Both the position numbers and the translations under genes were made by a program. Shown piece by piece: positions 53,384-64,000 of a stretch of DNA of 64,000 bases; position 1 is the stretch's first letter; the number at the start of each line of letters is the position of its first letter. The notes under the pieces are model-generated. The model was given only the letters and a program-made list of their open reading frames with translations, searched no databases and had not been told where the DNA came from. Source of the stretch: Fimbriosthenelais zetlandica (taxonomy: Eukaryota); the NCBI GenBank assembly GCA_977030845.1, contig OZ365110.1, positions 42,470,001-42,534,000 on the forward strand, read 5' to 3'.

Positions 53384-55499
53384 ATTTTATCTCATTTACA
53401 TATAAATTTAACTAAACTTCTATTAAATTCTCAAAACTTTAAAACTGCTGTAGTCCTTCTTTTCAGCACGTGAACATAGTTATATATTTTTTAAAGAATT
53501 TCCATAATTCATTTCAAAATGATTTATCTTGAATGAAATGTGTTGTTCATGAAATATACCCTTATCTTTTATTTTTTTGCCCCGAGATGATATATGTATA
53601 TTGAAAAAGAACTATAGACTAAAAATAATGATGAATTGTGAAGAGAGGCAATGTATCATGTTCTTTGACCAGTGATCTATTGCTTACATGCCAAGTTGAA
53701 ATCAGTTTCAAACTAAAGCCATTATATACATGCTACCCGTATACTTTACCAGTAAGAAAGAGATTTTTTTCAAAGTATATAATAATATACTGTTCCACTT
53801 ATTCTTCTGAATATAAGGGTCCATTATTTCAGTCAAATCTCGAAACTGATACAACACAGAAAATTGAGCCTCCATTTTGATGGAGTTCTGTTAAAAAGAA
53901 TGTCAAAGTAACATTGCTCATGTAATAGTCTCAGCGATCTCTCAATGTTTGTTTATCATAACTCGGTGTATGATAATTTTAAGAATGTAATGACACCGCC
54001 AGCGTCTGAGACACCCAGTTTGTGAATGTTTACATTGAACGTGGAATTGGAATGTGGAGTCTTGCGCATTGAATAACTCCAAACAATTTTTCCCATCTGC
54101 AGCTGAATATTGTTTATAAACTTACTAACCGTGTTCCCATCCTCGAGCCCACGATTGTATTTCCTGCCTTGAATTCTTTATATGAATCATTGCCTTAATG
54201 TTGATAGAGAAGAGAGGTAGGGGTTCGCTTGTGTGTAACCTTTAAACTACTCTAAAAATGAATTATGAACATCATTTCCCGAGATGTAAAGGCATGTGAG
54301 ATAGTTGTGAGCGTTTCTCTGAGGAAACATGAGAACTGCCAAAGTATTACATGTTCAGGCTCATTCGAAAAGGCGCATGTTTTCTTTCTTCTTCACCATG
54401 TGATTCATAGCTTCTTATGTTCCGAATTACTCTTTTTTTAAGAGTTGGAGCAGTTGCATGGGGGACCAGCCAAGCGGGCTATCATCTGCTATACGAATGA
54501 GTAATAGTGAGTGATTTGTGTGGGAAACATAGATCATAGAAAAGCATGACCTTTTGCTCTGTTCTCCTTTCCCCTGGCAGGAAATAAGAAGGGGAGCATA
54601 TCATCGGAAGAATTTTTCAGTTAAGAGAAGGAGTCGTTGGTAATAGTGATAAAAACTTTAATATATTAACTTTGCCAGTTGTTGGAGCGTTTGTTAAGAT
54701 TGCGCGAGGTGCACGTTAGATTACATGGTGCGCTAGTGAATTACGAGGAAAAGCGAGCGGCTCGGCTTATAACCGAAATCAGATTAAACTCACCACTTCA
54801 AAGTATGTCCCCGCTACTGAAGCTCCTACTACATTAAACTTAGTATGATTAATATAAACCCAAACACAAATCAACATTTTAAAACATATTTTTTTATCCC
54901 TTTATGTTATTCCATTTCCCCCATTTGTTTCGGAAGACTTTTTCTATCCCATTCTAAAGTCAAAATACTTATCTCTTGAATGTAACTCGGAGGCATTAGC
55001 ATTTGGCCTGGGGAAAGAATTAAAGAACGTTATCCATCTTATTTTCCAACCCCATTTCAAGCGTTTGTGGGTGAGCTATTGATATAGCAGAATTACATTA
55101 GGGACTTAAGATAATCCAGACATGTTTTTCCATTTGCAATTGTACAGTTATATGGCTATAGGGCCTACATGAGGCCTACCGCTTTTAATCTAAAACATAG
55201 ATTAAGACTTTGCTTTAACTGTACATTCACCCAAAACTGAGCTTTCTTTTTTTATCTCCAATGACAGCTCATTCCGGAACATTTCTCTGCGTTAAAATTG
55301 CTGTCTCTTCTTTTTTCCGCTGGGATAAACATCCGCATGACTTTTTCTCCCGCCGCTAGGAAGCGCTGTGATCGTTGCGATGTGGGCGATGTTTTTCCCC
55401 TGCCGCCTCCTAGGGGGGGCTGGTGGACGTTTTATCTGCCCCCATTTGCCGCCTTTTGTCTGTGTCCAATAGTCCTTTAACCCTATATATACCGACATG

Positions 55500-56300
55500 G
55501 CCGTCTCTTACATGAATCATAGTAAGATTGCCCAACACAGACCAGAAGTAGGTCTGATGCCGTCGGGGTCATGACCCGGAAGAGGAAGTGCGAAGAGGCG
55601 GTGTAATGGTTTGTTGTATGGCAGTGTGTCGCGCCTTTGCTCCCTCCCTCACACTCATCCTGTTCAGGCCCCCATCTCGCTCTGTGAGTCTACTTTTTTT
55701 TCTATCGCCAGTCAAGCTATTTCTCCTCCAGACCATGGAGCAGGTTGACTGGGAGGTGTTGACAGCCACCATCCAACCTCTGCCTCCTTGTCAACCCGCA
55801 GACTGTCTCCATAACACTCACCCATTGACCTCCTGCCCAGATGGCAAGCCGGCCTCCTCACCACTCAGCCTGACCCCATTTTGGGACGTGACCTTGTTAT
55901 TCCCCCTCCCCCTCCTCCTCCCGATCCTTCCCACCCTCCCTCCTCCTGCTCTTCCCGCCCGCTCCTCCTCCTCCTCCGCTCGCTCTCCGCCGCCGCCGCT
56001 CCCGCCGCTCCATCGCTGTCATCGTCGAGCCAGTCAATAGAAAAGCAGTAGTTGTAGTACTAGAACAAGTTGGGGAAGCTCAGCGATCCCCCCTATATGC
56101 CCACCACCACCAGCCGAGTGGAGCCCGGAGGAGGCGGGCGGGCAGGAGCAGTCTTAGACAGGCCTGATTGGTGCTGTGGGACTAGATTAGCGCCAGGCCC
56201 CCACACAGTGGCCCTGCCCCGGCACGGCCACACTGACAGCTGTTATAGACAGGGGGCATCATTCTCACATCCACGCCTGTCTGGCCTCCAGCTTTGATCT
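55500..56300. promoter_or_regulatory. CpG-island-like element
   Basis: High GC/CpG; tandem ETS cores CCGGAAG-AGGAAGTG (55576-55590), (CCG)4 at 55987-55998, long pyrimidine tract 55900-55990. Confidence 0.45.
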
Positions 56301-59300
56301 AGAGTATCACATCAGGTGAACCCTTCTCCCCCTCCCCCACCCCCCTCATTCTCCTCCCCCGCCCCCTCTCATCCTCTTCCATCAGTCCCATTCACATACA
56401 ACCCATGCTACTATCCATCCCCATTCTTACACATAATCAGGGGTTGTTTCAAGAAAAAAACATCCTTCCATAAGAATATAATTAGGCTAACATACAGTTA
56501 AGTAACATATTTATATAAAACAAACCCCAGTATCTGGGATTCAATATCTGAAAAAGACCTTCAGCATTAACCCATGAAAAGTATGGCCATAACTCTTAAA
56601 CGTTTTCTTATGAGACGGCCCCCAGAGCCGAGATTATGACCACAGTTTAACCGTGCCCTGGCCTAGGTAAATAGGGGACTTCCACAGCTATGTAAGCAGG
56701 CACCTGAATAATTGCCTATTCCATGGGATGGGTAGGTGTGTCAAACACTTTGCAGGCCCAGCGGGAGCTAACATGTATATCAGAAGTAGTGACTTCCATA
56801 TGGTTCCCTACCTTTACTCCTATACTCTCTGACACTTTGTGGTCTGAACCAACCTCCATAGACTCAGCATGGGAAGCCTGGATCAGGCCATATCGATCAT
56901 AAGCTGGCGAGGTGTATACTCGTATGTGGACCCGCAGACCTATGTTGCATACGCTCTTTGCTTCTCTGAGCGATTATCATCGTTTTTTCTCTCACTCCTT
57001 CACAGTTGCCTGTAGTTTTTCTTTCAAGTTCTTATCTCACTTAACTTCCACTTGGCAGCTCAGACTGGCGATTATTTCCATCTTGACTTATTTCCATTCA
57101 AGTCGAATGAAGTTTTCCACTTTATAGTTCACTTTTCATGCCATATGCATCCCTTGGCCTACGTTACGCACAATAAAGTTCAAATATATTTACATATATA
57201 TCTTAAATTTAAAAAGAAACTAATTTAATCTCAATAAATCTCAGGGAGTTTATTTGAAGATGGAACATGAACAGTTTTTACTGAAGCAGAAATTTGATTT
57301 ACTATTTCCTACCGTGTTCTTTATCGAATTGTCATATCTAAATCCAGATGACCTAAGTATGGAATGGAGAGCTATTTCCCCAACGCAAATTGAACATTTA
57401 TACATCCCAACATAATTCCGTTTCCCAGTATAGCCTATATTAGCATATAGCCTATATATTACCATTCCCTGGTATTCAACTTATATATTGTTATCATCCT
57501 AAAAATATGATCAGGAACCAGCCTTGCCTGGAAGTCTATATTCAAGACGTTGGCTGAGAAAATCGAATAGATGGAAAAGAATTCCAGATGCAGTACCACG
57601 TAGGCCCAACTCTACTGGGGGAAGGAGAGTCAGGCAGTTATAGAAAATTCTGGCAGAGATATCATCAGATAAAAGCTTTTGCTTTGGTTCCCCCAACCCT
57701 CCACCGCCATCCCAAAATATCTAGTCGGTCATGACATATGGAAGTAGTAATAGCTATAGGGAATACAGTATGATGGCAGTTAGCCACAATGCCAGATATT
57801 GATCCCAGCTGATTAGCCTGTATTGAAAGAGGGCAAGAAGAATTAATACACATATTACACAATGCTGACTTGTTCTATATACTCTCAATTGCTCCGTATT
57901 GACTCGCTTGATATTTCAATTGATTTTACAAATTGAGCCATGGACTTGGTTCATAAATTGCGTAACAGTTTATATACATTGGGCGGGGCTGGCATTCAAT
58001 GGTTTCTTCCCACCATTCTATTGTTCTCAGTCTGGCTATATTGAGAAACTGAAGTCCAGCTTTGATTCCATCATAAAATCTTGAGATGGTCTATTTTTAT
58101 GGTCGATACAATGTTGGCAGACGATACCAAAATCCTGTCATAAATTCGAGCCAAGAATGGAAGGAGAGAAAAGATGGAACAAAACCATATTTTTAACACC
58201 CCAAGATGGCCACTGAATAGAATATTATTCAAATGAACTTAGAAAACCTTTGTTCTTATTCATGATGGATATTTTCTTTCGTTGGTTTATAAAGTGGAGA
58301 AAAATAAGTATTGGCGGATGTCTATTCCATAATATGCGACTTATATATTTTCTTACCCGTGCATTTATGAATCAGTTGAACCGTAACCATGAGGTATTTT
58401 GTCAGTGCCAATATATGGAATCGCCAGCACCCTCCGCCCCTTCCAGTACTACAGAGTTCTACCTTCTCCGCACGGGTTTCTATGCACTTGTGTCCATTGT
58501 TTCAAGTGAACGTAAAATGAAGTGGGTTGGAACGCCTCTCGCCACCTTTGTATGCGACTCAACGAAACTACAAAGTGTGCTGTAATTCAAAAGATGATTC
58601 ACCATGTTATAGTTTTCTTGGCTGCCCAGCCACATTCCACATAAAGCCTCTGCCAAATCAGTTCCTGTTCATGTCATGCTGACAATTATTCCCATGAGAA
58701 CATTTTCACACCGCCCCTAAATTTAACTACTCCACTGTCAATTTTTCATTCCTCCCCCCAGCCCCACACACGCACTCAAATATATACGGTAGAAAGACAT
58801 GCATCTGTAGCAATGCAAATCTCAGCTGAGGAATGGAATGGCCATTGTTAACATGCAGACATATCTTGATAATTTGCCACCCATTCCATATTATGTAAAT
58901 GATATGATAATTTTGGGAGAATTTCTTTGTTCCCGTCGTCCTGAGGTTTTATTGCTAGGTGCACATTAAGGGGACATCGCCCACGTCTGGGAGGAGGAGG
59001 AGGGAGTGATGGGGGGACTTCTTTGTGCTCGTCTCTTCTTGTGGGTTTGGGGGGTGCGTGCATGCTGCCACTGCCTCCACACACACACTCCCAGCCTAAC
59101 CCCGCCAATATTACATTGCATTGCGATGGTGCGCCGCGCACCCCCAAAGTCAGATCCGAACCTTTCTCCCAAATGTTTATCATGCCACACAGGGCCAATT
59201 ATCATATTGTTCTCTTCTAAGAGTGACCTGAAAAAAGCGCCCGTCTCCCCCATCCACCCTCTACGCTACTTCCCCGTCTCTCTCTAATTTCATCATGCCT

Positions 59301-62300
59301 TTGTTGAGTTTAAGTGGGAGAGATCGAAGCCATTGCAGACATTGTTTATCCCCACCGACATTGGTAATTGGGATATTGACTTTTTTAAATACAGGTTTTT
59401 GCATTTAATTGCCTCGTGGCTTGCCAATATTCCCTTTGTTAAAATTGCGGTTGGGGCATTGGATTGGCACTAAATTCATCGGGATTTTCTTCCCAAATCT
59501 CGGCTTTAACCCAATTAACTATTGTTTTTATAAACGACTTTAGTGTTTTGTTAAGGTTAAACCATCCTGAGCCTGGGCTTACACAGTGCTGATATAGAGT
59601 TTGTTGGGGGAGGTCGTGGTGATGGCTTTTTATTTTTTAAGTCCACTCTCGTTGTGTTTGATGTTATTTATTTTCTCCTCCTGGTCACTTGTCAGGGGTT
59701 TCTTTGTACAATTAAGAGAATCTCTCTCGAGCTGTCAGTAGGGGATAGGGAGAGGAGTGTAAGGGGCAATATTGTATTCTCTCTGTGTTATAGGTGCGGG
59801 GGGAGCATGTCAGATCGGCGCTCGCTTCATTTCAACACCGTTTGTTAGATACAGGAGATCAGAGGGAACATGGGCACATTTTCCCCGTTAAAGTAGTCCC
59901 TGTGATCTCTGATGAAACACACTGTATAGGCAGACAGGGCCATACACACTAGTTTGCCTCTGACGCTAAGGACGTTTGGCCCCTTGTGTGTGACAGAGAT
60001 CCGAATGAAACCATATTGAAACTTGGTCTGGATTTTGGTGGAGAATCGGCGGCCGGCCAGATATCGAATCAAAGCTGTGATCTCAGCGCTCGGCTGTCAT
60101 TAGCGATGACAGGACAGCCCCGAACCTGAATCCCAAATTAATGCCTCGGAGAAATCTCATCGGCTCGAATGGTGTCAAACAAGGAAGAGCACGGGATTTC
60201 AAAGGCCAGGCGCGCATTAAAGTATGATTCATTCCCCGCCATTCGAGTGGCGGCAGAGACAGTGGATCCTGCATCCGTTGCCGATTCTATTGGATGGACA
60301 AATTGTCTTCACACGTGATACATAAGCGATGGAGGATGAGTGGGGGGTGGGGGGATGAGGAAAAAAGGGAAAATGACGAGGGAGGGGAGTTGGGGTTGGC
60401 TACTGAAAAAAAGGGGGGATGAGAGTAGGGAAGAAGGTCTTATAGACAGTAGCATCTGCCGGGTGACAGACCAAAGTCCTATAGGTTTTCCCACTCTATC
60501 AGTTGACATAATGATGGCACAGTAATGAACTGATTGTCAGAATGCAGGTCAGAAAGTGCCCGTTGATATATATGTACACGACCATGGCATTTCCGAGGGC
60601 CATCAACTGGAATATATGAATAGTAAATGAGACGGAAGGCTTTTTGGACCAACTGTTAAATGTCATGTATATACATCTACCAAAGGTTGGCATCTAAATC
60701 GTGCTTGTTCATGTAAATTCATAGTCAGTCCATAAGGGTCAGTCGAGAAGCCCCACCCCATGGGAAGCAAATGGCTCTGGCTTCTTTCAAGACCTCTGAA
60801 AACGAGTGTCGATGTTGTGATTTTTTTTTTGGTTTTTAAGAGGGTGTGGATTATTTTTTTTCTTTGTTTCTTACCGCTTTTGCCCGCCCTTGTTATATGC
60901 CGCCTTCTATTTGGCCATAATGGTTGAGCGAGCGGCAGGCCTGAAGGTGTTGATAAACGTATTGGGAGGTGCGCTAAAGGTGACATTAGAGGGTCGTTGG
61001 TGCATCCGTTGCTGTCTCGTGTAGTGGTGAATGGGTGAGACAGATAAGATGCCATGGAGCTGGGCTGCTGGCACTTCCATGCGTCCACTGTCAGCCTCTA
61101 CCCACAAGCTATGGTAGGAGCTGGCCCGGTCTGTCACCAGACCTACTCTGGCCTCTTTGCGAGCTGCTCGCGGTATACTTGACCCTGCCAAACGGTGACA
61201 GGAGGCAGAGCATCATTCTACCCATCATCAGACCTGACAAGAGTGCCAGCTTTCAATGTTAATCACTAACTGATGACTGCCCCCTCCCCCCTGCTACTCC
61301 CCCTCACCCTCCCCTCCCACACAAACCAAAACCACCCCTACATAACCCCTAACGAATCACCGAGAAATATCCTGAATATTTCTCTGTCATTTAGCCTTGA
61401 ATCCATGCTGTAAAAAAGAAGGGGCACTAAGGGGTATAAGGATGGACGTAAATCTCATGTTTTTGTCTCTCTGTCCATTGATCCCCATCTGGCCTGAGAA
61501 TGTCGATCGATCAATGGATAATGAAATATGAGTCATGACTGCAACTTTGTGACGCAGCTATAATTCGGTTAGCCACGGCAACAGGTCATGGCAGCAATGG
61601 GAGATTTGGCTGTTTCAATATGTTCTATATATGAAGGGGATGGTGGCCTGAGGAGGAAGGAGCTGGCCCTCTTCCCCCTCCTCCTTCTATCCCCCTAAGT
61701 TCCTCTTTCCCCTCCTGTCGCTTCCAGAGGCTAATGTTGATTTTTCTATTGAAAAACACTGCAGCCGTGGTTAGATTTAGCCGCCGGTGTATGTGGCATC
61801 TTGAAAAGTGTAAGTGGTGGCAGAAAACTGATTGACATTTCCATCAAGGAGATGATGGTACTGAGCTATTGTGCTCCTGCCTCCAGTCCCTCTCAGCAGT
61901 GGTCAGGTCCTATAGGAGCGCCTGCCCACCACCTCCCCCTCCCCCTGCCCTCTGCCTTACCTCCACCAGTAAGGTTTGGGGATTTAATGCAATAAACTCC
62001 ATCTTAAAAGCTGTTTATTGCTCGCGCGTCCTCCTCCCACCTATAGGTTGCCTAAAACGCTTCTGTGAAACTCAGAGACACGCGGAGGAGTGCGAGTAAT
62101 GCTTATTTAGTGAATAGATGAGAGGCTATGACACGGAGCGAGTTAAAAGAAGGCAGAAAACCCGCCAGCCTGTTGCAAAAACACACATTTTAGACGGGTA
62201 TCTCTCAGGCCGCAACCATAAACACCACTGCTTTTAGTAGGGATTCTAACTGCTTCTTGCTATAGCTCATTGCTTGCTGCAAACCCATCAATCTTCGCCT

Positions 62301-64000
62301 GAAATCAATATCAAATAGATAGTTTTCGGCGACACTGATAAAATCCTATCGCGGGAGGAAGATGGGGGGAGGGGGTTGAGTAGGATGGGATCTGTTGCCA
62401 TTGCTTATCAACATGCAAATAACGCCAGCGAGAAAAATGTTGCAGGTCTTTTCTCTTATAAATTCTGGCGCGTCTGAAAGTGATGTGACGTTGGACTATA
62501 AGAAGGGGGAAGCCAACCTGTTTTGGTACACATCCTATACTTCAGATAAAAGACATCTAATCCATTACAGGGACCAATATTAAAGGCTAGAGCGTGATCG
62601 GTCATTTTAAATTGGACTAAAACAATCATGGTCAGGTCAGGCCTGCAACATTGGGACTGCTGCCGCTCTGAAGAAAACCCCGACCCCCATCCCCACCACC
62701 CCCACCACCCCCACCACCCGGGTCTTTTTCTTCCCCCGACAACGTGGCCACATTTTAAGCATCTACAATCACAGTTCTTGAAACCATCAATAAGAAGTTG
62801 TGAGGAGAAAAAAGGCCACTTTGATGTATGCTCGGGGGGAGCCTTTCACTCTGACATCACAGACCTGCTATGTTTTATTTCACAGGCCTGTTTTACAGAC
62901 TTGTAGGATTGCTTAATGAATAAGTGAAAGTGATGCAAGGTCAGAAATTAAAGCAGGTCGCATTTCAGATGGCAAGAAAGAGGAACATCTGAAGGGATGG
63001 GGACTCTTTTCTCCCAGCGCACGCGTTCAAATGGAATTTTCCTTTTCGAGTGCATAATCAAATGGGCGGGATGGGCAACTTTGAATTCCTCTCCATGGGA
63101 CGGTGGCAGATGAATGCTGTCTGTCTTGGTAGGTTGTAGTCAGATTCTGGCCGCCATTCTCGGCTGTCTTCATTTCTTTGGTAAACGGGCGAAATAAAAG
63201 CGATATTGGTGGGATGAAATTATTCCTCGGTGTAAATGGATGCGCGCTCGTGGGCTGGCGGTTCATGTCGCCTTGATAGACTGGACACATGGATCGTTGG
63301 GCCGTCTTGTATGGGCCAGAATGCTAGGCCATGAATACATAATATCATTCTGTCATCAATGTTAAGCAATGCAAATAAATCACCATCATGATGCATAAAG
63401 TAGTTTTGACCGTGTAACAGGATACACTTTGTCCAGGCGGCCGCATTGGAATAAATATGACAGACCGAGACTTTGTCTTGAATAGCAATTTGCCTCCCAA
63501 AAGGAACTTTGCCTCTGATGAATAAGACTGGCCATGAAAACCGATGCCAGCGATGCTGGTGGAATCCTTTCACCTTTCATGAAATGCTGATACACTTCTT
63601 CAGATCTCCTTGGCGGATTTTTCTTTTTGCAAATCACTTTCAAGCCGTGTTAGCATACATATTGCCCTCCTCTAGACCCCCTCCATATAAAACGTATACG
63701 TTTCTTCCAATTGCATGGACACTGCTGTGTATCGCTTTACCTCTGAATTGAAATGCCTTGCTACAAAGGGCTTATAAAAGAGACAGGCTGTCATTGGCAA
63801 AGAGAAAAAATGCGGACGGTGATTTATTCAGAAAGTTTCTCTGTGAAAAATGTAGATAGATTTATGATGGTGCGTTTCAAAATGTATGAATATTTTCCCA
63901 GCTGGATGGATGTTGTCTCTGTTATACTTTGTGCATTTCATTTGAATGGACACAAGAAATGAGAGCACATTTCCATTGGACATCAAACAGAAGTTCTCTT

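Noticed and set aside
63510-63580. CTGATGA...GAAA as a second hammerhead
   Set aside because: Stems I, II and III cannot be formed in register.
1-64000. The ~190 short (60-180 aa) ORFs of the track, plus CRISPR, rRNA, tRNA or miRNA genes
   Set aside because: Eukaryotic intronic/intergenic DNA; many ORFs start at GTG/TTG, show no domains and have chance-level lengths. No repeat-spacer arrays, rRNA or tRNA structures, or mature miRNA sequences I could recognise.

Overview
Animal (eukaryotic) genomic DNA; composition suggests an invertebrate, but the taxon cannot be fixed from sequence alone. There is only one well-supported protein-coding region: a ~5 kb single coding exon on the minus strand (14729-19780, ~1683 aa) encoding a multi-C2H2 zinc-finger protein. 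It has nine widely dispersed fingers (six near-identical, 'C..C.KEFCNKYFLKTH....H'), an RRKQSKP NuRD-type motif, a PADLSIK CtBP-type motif and a Q22 tract. Upstream are a strong splice acceptor (19951), a uORF-rich leader and a very compact candidate bidirectional promoter at ~23.1-23.2 kb (two divergent YY1-like motifs, each followed by a splice donor). A second housekeeping-type plus-strand promoter lies at ~29.9-30.2 kb, with a perfect 21-bp duplication that doubles an ETS site. The remaining ~34 kb is gene-desert-like: isolated candidate micro-exons, CpG-retaining blocks, a perfect RFX X-box, simple repeats and decayed transposon-like pieces. The most unexpected structure is a decayed but still foldable type I hammerhead ribozyme (41163-41265, minus), downstream of a short frame resembling a Penelope-like element ORF end. 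Almost all short ORFs in the supplied track look like noise or antisense shadows. No tRNA, rRNA, CRISPR or recognisable miRNA was seen by eye.
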